Source: a virus (Duplodnaviria; Caudoviricetes). Taken from it: a DNA stretch of 64,000 nt. The stretch spans positions 7,160 through 71,159 of IMG/VR virus record IMGVR_UViG_3300014204_000174. One strand, 5' to 3'. This document shows, one piece after another, positions 1-7,742 of the stretch. The first letter of the stretch is position 1. Every line of letters starts with the position of its first letter. The position numbers and the translations under genes are program-made. Below the pieces are notes generated by a model, which made no database searches, was not told the DNA's origin, and saw only the letters and a program-made list of their open reading frames with translations.

Positions 1-552
1 TAATTCCATTGTTTTTCTATTATCATAAGATGCTTCATGAGCTTTTTCTTCATCGAACTCTATATCAAACAATTCACATATGTTTTTCAACGTGAAATTT
101 TTAACTTTATGTCTGATGCCCATTGTAACTAAAGCTGCGGTTTGCATAACATCAATGAATGGAAAATGGAAAAAAGATCCGAAGTATTTCTCTCCAGCTG
201 CTTCACTCCATGATCTAAGAAAACTATAATCAAAATCTGCATTATAAGCTAAGAAAAACATTTTATCGTTTGAATTATATTTATCTACACAATGTCCAAG
301 AGTTGAAAATACTTTAACATATGTTTCATCTGGATTTGGAAACGTTTTAATTTTTTCAATAGTAAGACCTGTTTTATCAAGAGCTCCTTGTTCGTAAATA
401 GCTAAATCATCAGCATTTCTAGGTCTGCATTTCCACTCACGCTCGGTTGACTTTCCTGTTTCAGTATTTTCAAATATCATAGATATCTGAATTACTTCAC
501 ATAACTTTCTATCTATTCCAGTAGTTTCTACATCACAGAAGCAAAGTTTCAT
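1..552 (-). CDS. DEDDh 3'-5' exonuclease (DnaQ/epsilon-like), 3'-truncated by window edge
   Basis: Hand translation (not in ORF track): MKLCFCDVETTG...FLAYNADFDYSFL...EKAHEASYD, i.e. ExoI/II/III motifs; frame open to base 1. Confidence 0.85.
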   Translation of the reverse strand, partial: MKLCFCDVETTGIDRKLCEVIQISMIFENTETGKSTEREWKCRPRNADDLAIYEQGALDKTGLTIEKIKTFPNPDETYVKVFSTLGHCVDKYNSNDKMFFLAYNADFDYSFLRSWSEAAGEKYFGSFFHFPFIDVMQTAALVTMGIRHKVKNFTLKNICELFDIEFDEEKAHEASYDNRKTMEL

Positions 553-555
553 TTT

Positions 556-801
556 TTATTCTTTCTTTGTCCAATGTTCAGTATCCCAGTTTTTTTCATT
601 CATTATAGCAGCTTCTATAATTGGCCAACAATATCTAGATTCTCCGCCACTTTCTTGTTCTTCACATACAGAAACTTGTGAACATCCTTGACATTGCCAT
701 GAAAGTTCTTTAAGTTTATTACTTAAATGAACTCTGAGCATTTCTCCATAACTATCCAATTTTAACTCCATTTTAAAATTACTGATTGGGCAAATTTTCA
801 C
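556..801 (-). CDS. hypothetical protein (CxxC-containing)
   Basis: ORF co-oriented and tightly packed with neighbours. Confidence 0.5.
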   Translation of the reverse strand: MKICPISNFKMELKLDSYGEMLRVHLSNKLKELSWQCQGCSQVSVCEEQESGGESRYCWPIIEAAIMNEKNWDTEHWTKKE

Positions 802-1048
802 TATCGATAATTCTAGTTCTTATAGCCGAAGACGGATTAATAAATCCATCCAGTCTCCAGATATGTCCTTTGCTGTTTACAACCCATGCTCCATATTCAC
901 CACCAGCAATAGAGTATGTTACTGGAGAAGTATCTATGCTAACTGCGTTTATCGAGAGCAATGCAATAATTCCCAACAAAAATCCGATGATAAAATCTTT
1001 ATTTATTGTTCTCATCGACATTCTCCAAAAAGTTAATAGTACCTCCAA
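779..1048 (-). CDS. hypothetical membrane/secreted protein
   Basis: Hydrophobic segment FIIGFLLGIIALLSINAV. Confidence 0.55.
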   Translation of the reverse strand: MEVLLTFWRMSMRTINKDFIIGFLLGIIALLSINAVSIDTSPVTYSIAGGEYGAWVVNSKGHIWRLDGFINPSSAIRTRIIDSENLPNQ

Positions 1049-1090
1049 CTACAGATTCGAACTGTGCTGGAGGTACTAGGTAGATTACGT

Positions 1091-1480
1091 TTACATATCC
1101 TTCAACATCTCGGTTAGCTCATCAATAGACTTACTGCTAAGAGCTTCATCTTGACGCTGAGCGATAAGCTCCATGATACGAGATTTCTTCATATCATTTT
1201 CAGCTTTGAGAGCAGCCAAAGCACGTTCAGCAAGCTTAACATCAATAATATGCTTCACAATGTCAAACTTAAGCTGAATAACAGAATCATTTTTACGATC
1301 GACATCGACGAATGAAATGTCATCATTGTTCTTCAACTGATTATGAAAACCACGAGCGAGGTCATCCAGGTTAACATGACCCCGTGTACTGGTAAGCGGC
1401 AGATCCCATAGATCTTCTACAGACAACTGACCTTTAGAAGTATCGAACCGAAGTTTCTGACGAGTTGCACGTTCAAACAT
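1091..1480 (-). CDS. conserved phage hypothetical protein
   Basis: MFERATRQKLRFDTSKGQLSVEDLWDL N-terminus; RBS upstream; coiled-coil C-terminus. Confidence 0.7.
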   Translation of the reverse strand: MFERATRQKLRFDTSKGQLSVEDLWDLPLTSTRGHVNLDDLARGFHNQLKNNDDISFVDVDRKNDSVIQLKFDIVKHIIDVKLAERALAALKAENDMKKSRIMELIAQRQDEALSSKSIDELTEMLKDM

Positions 1481-1523
1481 TGTTAGTTCCTTTCATGAGT
1501 TGTGTTTTAAATTAACAAATTAT

Positions 1524-1552
1524 AAAATAATACATTTTACCGATAAAGTCAA
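1524..1552 (-). promoter_or_regulatory. sigma70-like promoter (class I variant)
   Basis: AAAAGTAG-TTGACT-N17-TATTTT. Confidence 0.55.
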
Positions 1553-1559
1553 CTACTTT

Positions 1560-3611
1560 TTAAAAATTAATCTTGAGAACTCTCGAAGTAGCACCGGTAA
1601 CTCTAACAGTAATCTGATTCCTTTGAGTACTAGAGAAACCCATACCACTAAGCTGATCTTCGGTAATTTCAGTCTTCATCTTACTTCCAACAATTTCTAT
1701 CACCTTACGATGAGCATCAAGTTCAGACTTCAGAAACTCGTTGAAGAATCCCCTAGCCTGACCATCATTCATACATCCATCAATCATAAAGAAATAGTGC
1801 TTGTTGCCGATACCCTTCTGGTCATCCCAATAATTAGGTGACATCATTATAACATTTACTTTATGGAACTGATTGGTAGAGATTCCCCAAATATTCCTAG
1901 ATACAGAAGTACCTTCCAGAGAACTTAAAATAGTAAAGCCAGTTTCCTTAGAATATTTAAGTTTCATCACATCAATAAATTCACGTGAGGGTACAGCTTT
2001 TGAATATTCAAAATGATATAATGTACCTTGAATATCAACTTCAACTTCAAATCCAACATCTTTTGTTTCACGCTTATTAAAATTATGAACACGAAGAGTA
2101 TATACACCCTCACGCATATTTCTCGAATCGCGATAAAATATATTTTCAACAGCTTCACGAGTAAGATGATTATCACTAACATTCATATCTACATCAAGTT
2201 CACCGCCGGAGTATGATTGACGATTAGCATAGTAAATATGTCCACTGTTAGGTTCTTCCATATGAAGATCTAGATCATCATGATTGAACCATGCAAGACG
2301 GCAACAAAGAACACCTTCAATACTGCCACCAGCTTTCTTAACTCGTTCTTTGATTAAAGAGTCTGCTAAATCTCCAGTATACGACCAACTAAAATTATTA
2401 TTCCATTTGAATAAATTACCAGCTGTTGGATCGACTGGAGCTATCAAACTCATTAGATTCTTCTGATGCCGGTTCTCCATAAGAATCTCAATATTTTTTG
2501 CTTTAGGAAGTACGTCAGACAAGAATTTTTCAATTCCTATCTCTTCGACCTTATCGAAAGATTTTGGTTTAACAGCAGATGATGCAATATCATCGAAAGC
2601 TGAATTTACAGCATCTGTCATAATCTTACGAGTGTCTCTGTTTGCAAACAAAATATTGTTTACAGTAATATCAGATAGGTTAGCATAACGCCGTTCTAAT
2701 GCAGAAGAAAGACCAAGTTCTTCTATCTTCTTTCTAGCTGCTTCAACCATAGACTTAGTAACCAATGCTGTTGGACGTTTATAGTTAGTAGGAGCAACTA
2801 TTGTTTCAAAAGCTTTAACAGCATATTCGAGTTCTTTACCTTCAGAGATATCAACCAAAAGAGTACCGATGGATGTGTTACGGATTTTGGACACCGCTGG
2901 GTGAATATCGTTTATAGATGTCCAAACAAACAGATCCTTAGCTTTATCATCTTTTAGCTTCTTAAACTTTTTCTGCAATTTACTGAATTCATTCAAAGTA
3001 GCCTTATGATCATCACCACGATATAATGAATTCTGAGCAATCAGTTCAAGAACAGTATCAACAGAATCTTCTGTGATTTCATTAATAGAACGAAGCAAAA
3101 CATCATGAAGAGCTCGAAATTCACCAAGATTAGTTGCTATTGTAGCTTTAGGCATTACATATTGAACTGGAATATTTACGAAAAAATGATTCCAGGTATA
3201 GACCTCGCCATCTTTTTCTTCATAATTTTTATCAGTACCAGCAATGCGTTCAAAATGAAGAAATTTATTATCGATTGGATGAGACTTAACGAATTCAGAC
3301 ATAGCATCAGCAACAGTCTGATAAGCCTCATCTTGAACTTTACAATCCCATATACTTACGAGCTTATTATCAACAATAGTAACAACATTACCAACATTAC
3401 GAATGAATTGCCTACAGCAACTACAATCATATTCCCTACGTTCACGAAAGATAGGATTAGTTCCATCTGGATAACTGGAAAGATATGTTGTCCACATATC
3501 ATCCTTAGATGCAGTAGTACGAAATAGTTGTTGATTATTCTTGGTCATATCGCTAAATGCTTTAGCAACAGCAGTCTTAAAATTAATAAAATTCATTTTT
3601 AATTCCTCCAA
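1560..3611 (-). CDS. large conserved phage protein with N-terminal CxCC motif and C-terminal YfaP-like (DLDLH) region; probable start 3596
   Basis: 683-aa ORF; YDCSCCRQFIR and LAWFNHDDLDLHM motifs. Confidence 0.7.
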   Translation of the reverse strand: MEELKMNFINFKTAVAKAFSDMTKNNQQLFRTTASKDDMWTTYLSSYPDGTNPIFRERREYDCSCCRQFIRNVGNVVTIVDNKLVSIWDCKVQDEAYQTVADAMSEFVKSHPIDNKFLHFERIAGTDKNYEEKDGEVYTWNHFFVNIPVQYVMPKATIATNLGEFRALHDVLLRSINEITEDSVDTVLELIAQNSLYRGDDHKATLNEFSKLQKKFKKLKDDKAKDLFVWTSINDIHPAVSKIRNTSIGTLLVDISEGKELEYAVKAFETIVAPTNYKRPTALVTKSMVEAARKKIEELGLSSALERRYANLSDITVNNILFANRDTRKIMTDAVNSAFDDIASSAVKPKSFDKVEEIGIEKFLSDVLPKAKNIEILMENRHQKNLMSLIAPVDPTAGNLFKWNNNFSWSYTGDLADSLIKERVKKAGGSIEGVLCCRLAWFNHDDLDLHMEEPNSGHIYYANRQSYSGGELDVDMNVSDNHLTREAVENIFYRDSRNMREGVYTLRVHNFNKRETKDVGFEVEVDIQGTLYHFEYSKAVPSREFIDVMKLKYSKETGFTILSSLEGTSVSRNIWGISTNQFHKVNVIMMSPNYWDDQKGIGNKHYFFMIDGCMNDGQARGFFNEFLKSELDAHRKVIEIVGSKMKTEITEDQLSGMGFSSTQRNQITVRVTGATSRVLKINF

Positions 3612-3624
3612 TTAGAAATTATTT

Positions 3625-3843
3625 TTAATCTGCAGCATCCATACAAAGTTCAGTATGTGTATATCCACACTGATTACATGTTATAATAAGATATTCACCA
3701 ACTTCCTCAATTGGAGAATACTGATAATTTAAACTATGAGCTATACCACCACATTTTGGACAAAGCGAAAACCCATTATATTTTTTACAAATTTTATCCA
3801 TTTTATTCATCTCCATTTTATGTTGCCAGCGTGTCCCAGCCAA
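3625..3843 (-). CDS. small zinc-ribbon protein
   Basis: CPKCGG...CNQCGY; the N-terminal extension overlaps the ncRNA, so the true start is probably about 3816. Confidence 0.6.
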   Translation of the reverse strand: MAGTRWQHKMEMNKMDKICKKYNGFSLCPKCGGIAHSLNYQYSPIEEVGEYLIITCNQCGYTHTELCMDAAD

Positions 3844-3949
3844 CCGCTAAACTTGATGTATGTTTCCAAGGATATGCGTTTCTATTTAGCGGGGTTCCGC
3901 CCTGTCCTCGGACAGCAAGTCTCTTTAAAATTTGACCGAGACACACTGG
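3826..3949 (-). ncRNA. unclassified structured RNA (124 nt)
   Basis: 18-bp terminal helix CCAGUGUGUCUCGGUCAA/UUGGCUGGGACACGCUGG with 4 G-U pairs valid only on the minus strand; internal CCGCUAAA/UUUAGCGG and CUGUC-CGAG-GACAG. Confidence 0.65.
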
Positions 3950-3952
3950 AAT

Positions 3953-4240
3953 TTATTTTTCAGCCAACGATTTTTCCAATTCAATTATTCTTCCATTCAT
4001 TTGCTTTAATGTAGAAATCATAATAAAAATGGAAGACATAAGAGACATCATTTCTCCAGGTACTCCATCTTTCTCTTTTTCATCAGCTTTAATATCAGTA
4101 TTTTGTTTGATGAAATCTAGTATCTCATCTACTCCTCCTCGCCAATCGAACTCCTCTGGCTTTTTCTTTTCAGCAGCTTTTAACCAGAAACCTCGATCTT
4201 CAAAGTTCAGAACATTCTTATTCTCCATCTTTTTCTCCAA
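3953..4240 (-). CDS. hypothetical protein
   Basis: ORF track; co-oriented. Confidence 0.55.
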   Translation of the reverse strand: MEKKMENKNVLNFEDRGFWLKAAEKKKPEEFDWRGGVDEILDFIKQNTDIKADEKEKDGVPGEMMSLMSSIFIMISTLKQMNGRIIELEKSLAEK

Positions 4241-4532
4241 TTTTTAGTTTATCAGCATTTAGTTTCTCAAACTTTTCAGCAATTTTTAATGCATCATCTC
4301 TTTTAAAGTCTATAATACATTTACCACATTGCAATTCTCCGTCATCACCATACAGAGAAGTTATATCACAACCATGTCTAAGCCATAAAAGTATTCTAAG
4401 CATTTTATTATCTTCTATGACTTCATCAATTGTTTGTAAAAAATCATATACTATTTGGCCACCAGGAATAAAAAGATTACTATTATTTTTTAAATCTGAT
4501 TTAAGTTTTATTAACTTTTCATCTGTAGTCAT
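4218..4532 (-). CDS. hypothetical protein
   Basis: ORF track; co-oriented. Confidence 0.6.
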   Translation of the reverse strand: MTTDEKLIKLKSDLKNNSNLFIPGGQIVYDFLQTIDEVIEDNKMLRILLWLRHGCDITSLYGDDGELQCGKCIIDFKRDDALKIAEKFEKLNADKLKIGEKDGE

Positions 4533-4551
4533 TTTAATTCCTTCAATTTTA

Positions 4552-4636
4552 TGGTGCGCCTGACTCGATTCGAACGAGCAATGCTTTCCAGCGCTAGATT
4601 AGAAGTCTAGTCCCTTATCCATTAGGGTACAGGCGC
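4552..4636 (-). tRNA. tRNA-Arg(UCU) with long variable arm
   Basis: GCGCCUG/CAGGCGC-A-CCA; anticodon arm CUAGA-CUUCUAA-UCUAG; T-loop UUCGAAU; 14-nt variable region. Confidence 0.9.
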
Positions 4637-4649
4637 ATGATTTAGATAT

Positions 4650-4823
4650 TCATTTTTGGTATATCAATGTTGAGTTCTCTTTTTCATGACGTAATTTTAC
4701 CACTTCAATTGTATCAACTACAATAAATCCAATAAATATTATAAAAAGAATACTAATTATTACAATTCCTATTAATCCCGGAAAATCCGAAAGATTTGGA
4801 TCTGTTCTAGTATAATCTCCCAT
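4650..4823 (-). CDS. small membrane protein (57 aa)
   Basis: Hand translation MGDYTRTDPNLSDFPGLIGIVIISILFIIFIGFIVV...; GGAGGA RBS. Confidence 0.5.
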   Translation of the reverse strand: MGDYTRTDPNLSDFPGLIGIVIISILFIIFIGFIVVDTIEVVKLRHEKENSTLIYQK

Positions 4824-4852
4824 TAATAATTCCTCCTTAATAAAAACAAAAT

Positions 4853-6262
4853 TTAGATATTCATTCTTGCTTTAACTTTACCGATGATATCTTCAGAAGT
4901 AGCAGTTGGATCTTTAATCCAAATACCGCTACAAATATTAAGAATTCTTCCAACCGTCTTTCCTGGCTTGATATTAAATTCCCTCATAACATCATCACCA
5001 GTAACAGGACTTTTCATTTCAGAAATCATCTTCTTGCACATAGCTTCAGGAATTCTATCCCTGAGTGCAGAAATCTGCTCTGGCATATCAAAATCTTTAG
5101 CATGAGAAATATTATCAGCATCCATAATGGTAAGCATATCCTCAAGATTATCTCCACAAACCATTACAAACCTTCTCACAGCAGAATCAGATACTTTCTC
5201 AGCTTTTTTACCCCACTGTTTGATATGCATATGGTTCTTTACAAAGAAAACAACTTTATTCTTATCTTCATTAGAAAGTTTAAGTCTATCACAAATCTTT
5301 TCAGCAATCTCAGCTCCGAACTCTTCATGCTCAAAGAAATGTCCAACTGAAGAATGCTTAGCAGCTTCTGGCTTTCCGATGTCGTGAAGAAGAGCAGCAA
5401 GAACAATAATTGGGTCATTGCTTTTAAGATTACTTACAACTTGAAGAGTATGACCGAGAGCATCACAGCAATGAAAAGCATTCTGCTTAAGTCCGTCAAG
5501 TTCTTTCAGTTCCGGAATGATTTCATCCATAAGTCCAGAATTAATAAGAATACGAACAGCTTTAACCTTATTATCAGAAGAAAACATTTTGAAAAGTTCT
5601 TCTCTTACTCTTTCAACAGATACAACTTCAGAAAGAAGATGTTTCATATCGAAAATGGTATTCCAAAGTTCATTATCAATAAGCCAATCAAATCGTGCTG
5701 CAAACCGTACTGCTCTGAGTATTCGGAGAGGATCGTCACCAATAGAAATTTCCGGGGCAATTGGAGTTCTTACCACTCCAAGTCTAATATCTCTTATAGC
5801 AGCCTGAAGAGGGTCGATAAGATTGCCATTAGTGAGAGACCTCATAAGAGTATTGAAAGTAAAATCTCTTCTCTCAGCATCATCAGAAAGAGAAGCAAAT
5901 GTTGTAATCGGTTTTCTGCTTCCAACCGTGTACTTCTCAACTCGCGGAGCAACAACTTCAATCTTGCAAGAGAATCCATTAATCTCAAGTTTAGCAGTAC
6001 CAAATGTAGGAAATACTACCGGGTTTGTTCCTTCCCTGAAGGAATCTGTTTTCTGAGCGAGCCACTTGGCAAATTCCACTCCACCTAACTCTTCATTTGC
6101 AAGAAGATCTACATCAGAGACCGGAATTCCAAGAACTTCATCTCTTACCGCGCCACCAACCAGGAAGATCTTTCCATCCCATTCGGTACCTTTGATAAGA
6201 TTAGAAATAGTGTTGAGGACTTTTCCCTCTTCACTGTCGTTATTCCAGAATTTCCGAGTCAA
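4853..6262 (-). CDS. cca: CCA-adding tRNA nucleotidyltransferase / poly(A) polymerase family with HD domain
   Basis: LVGGAVRD, DVDL, RRDFTFN, DDPLRILRAVRF, H...LLHDIGKP; TTG start at 6262 after AGGAG (the ORF-track extension runs through the promoter). Confidence 0.9.
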   Translation of the reverse strand: MTRKFWNNDSEEGKVLNTISNLIKGTEWDGKIFLVGGAVRDEVLGIPVSDVDLLANEELGGVEFAKWLAQKTDSFREGTNPVVFPTFGTAKLEINGFSCKIEVVAPRVEKYTVGSRKPITTFASLSDDAERRDFTFNTLMRSLTNGNLIDPLQAAIRDIRLGVVRTPIAPEISIGDDPLRILRAVRFAARFDWLIDNELWNTIFDMKHLLSEVVSVERVREELFKMFSSDNKVKAVRILINSGLMDEIIPELKELDGLKQNAFHCCDALGHTLQVVSNLKSNDPIIVLAALLHDIGKPEAAKHSSVGHFFEHEEFGAEIAEKICDRLKLSNEDKNKVVFFVKNHMHIKQWGKKAEKVSDSAVRRFVMVCGDNLEDMLTIMDADNISHAKDFDMPEQISALRDRIPEAMCKKMISEMKSPVTGDDVMREFNIKPGKTVGRILNICSGIWIKDPTATSEDIIGKVKARMNI

Positions 6263-6295
6263 TTTAAATCTCCTTTGTTTAATTTCAATAGTAAT

Positions 6296-6324
6296 AATAT
6301 AAATCATTGAAAGCCCAATGTCAA
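6296..6324 (-). promoter_or_regulatory. class I sigma70-like promoter
   Basis: TTGACA-N17-TATATT. Confidence 0.8.
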
Positions 6325-6515
6325 CTATTATTTTAAAATTTTTGAACAAAATACTCCGGGCTGAACATTCCAATTAATATGATCTTCTCTGAACTCACAC
6401 TTCTCGCATTGTTCTGCATTCTTTTTAAACGGGCATGTCGGTACAGTTTTTCCATCTTCGCTAAGATGTCTATATATCCAAGTTCCCATTTGATTAATCT
6501 CCCAATTTTAAAAGA

Positions 6516-6551
6516 TGCAGCGGAACCAATCTTTTAATTGGTTCCGCTGCA
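6516..6551 (-). terminator. intrinsic terminator
   Basis: 15-bp perfect inverted repeat TGCAGCGGAACCAAT, followed by TCTTTT on minus. Confidence 0.75.
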
Positions 6552-6633
6552 GGACTTTATGATTACTCTAAACATCTAACATTTGACTTTAATAATCATT
6601 TATGATCTCCTAATTTCTTTCAATAAAATCTAG

Positions 6634-7089
6634 TTAATCATTCATGATGTCATATTTCGTCACCGGAGTAACAGCAACGAACTGATCTCCTAATTTAGCA
6701 GGTGCTTTTGTCATATAATTTGCGAACAGATCATTAGAACTCGACTTTATATTTTGATTCTTAACATTAGTCAAAGCCGAGGTTTCATTGTGATTGAACG
6801 GGTTTGAATAATAAGCCACGCTGAGATTCGATAGAGGCGTTGCGTTATTCATAACCTGTTCAATACTAAACATCTGTGATATCTGCGAGTTTTTGTATTC
6901 CTTATCAATTTTTAGAAAACTAACAGTGCTGTCTGTGTTAGCGGCCTTTCCTGTGGAATCCGCGACAGCTTCAGTTTGATCTCCGCCAGGCGGTGCTTCA
7001 CTCTGATTCTTACCACAACCTGCGATAAGAAGAAAGAGTGAAACAATAAAAGCGAGAATCGCGATCATTATAACATTCTTCCTCATCAC
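6634..7089 (-). CDS. predicted lipoprotein
   Basis: Basic N-terminus, hydrophobic core, lipobox LIAG|C, low-complexity linker. Confidence 0.65.
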   Translation of the reverse strand: MMRKNVIMIAILAFIVSLFLLIAGCGKNQSEAPPGGDQTEAVADSTGKAANTDSTVSFLKIDKEYKNSQISQMFSIEQVMNNATPLSNLSVAYYSNPFNHNETSALTNVKNQNIKSSSNDLFANYMTKAPAKLGDQFVAVTPVTKYDIMND

Positions 7090-7127
7090 TTACTTTGTTC
7101 TCCTTTCAAGTTTTTAGATTTTTGTTT

Positions 7128-7631
7128 TTAATACCCAGAATCTTGTCTCTGGATATTTTCCTCATTCTTCTTCATGTAAATCTTGTACATCATCTCCGAT
7201 GTCATTCCTAGCATCAGAGCTCTGTTCATGAAGAAGTGCCAATCGTCAATAAGTTCCTCTCTGAGTGCGTAAAGTTCTTCTTCGGAAAGATCTGAGATCT
7301 TCTTGAATTTCAATCCTTCATGCTTCTTTTTCCAGTACTTCCATGAAGCATTTCCATCAGAACCTCCTAAAGCTCTCATCAATTCTTGAAACTCATCGTC
7401 TGAAGCTTGTTTCTGATGTAGCATAAATTCAGCTGCATCTGCTATTGTTGCTTCAGTCCCAAGTTCGTTTCCAAACATCCTCGCGTACTCAGGTTTACTA
7501 ATCTTAACTTTCTCTTGAAGTTTTCTTTGAAAGTCAAGCATTTCTTGAAGTTTATCTTCCGCCACCTCTACCCCATTTCTGTTATTTATTACCAACTTCT
7601 CTCTTAGATTTTCAATTATATTTTTCAACAA
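7128..7631 (-). CDS. dimeric all-alpha dUTPase/dCTPase (T4 gp56-like)
   Basis: EELIDDWHFF and YMKKNEENIQRQDSGY motifs. Confidence 0.8.
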   Translation of the reverse strand: MLKNIIENLREKLVINNRNGVEVAEDKLQEMLDFQRKLQEKVKISKPEYARMFGNELGTEATIADAAEFMLHQKQASDDEFQELMRALGGSDGNASWKYWKKKHEGLKFKKISDLSEEELYALREELIDDWHFFMNRALMLGMTSEMMYKIYMKKNEENIQRQDSGY

Positions 7632-7704
7632 TTTTAGTACCTCATATCATCCTCCTCTGTCTAAAATTTAATTCCATCTTTTGTTTCAATTTTCAATTAA
7701 TTAT

Positions 7705-7733
7705 AATATAAACAATGGAGAACCCAATGTCAA
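7705..7733 (-). promoter_or_regulatory. class I sigma70-like promoter
   Basis: TTGACA-N17-TATATT. Confidence 0.8.
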
Positions 7734-7742
7734 CTACTTTTT

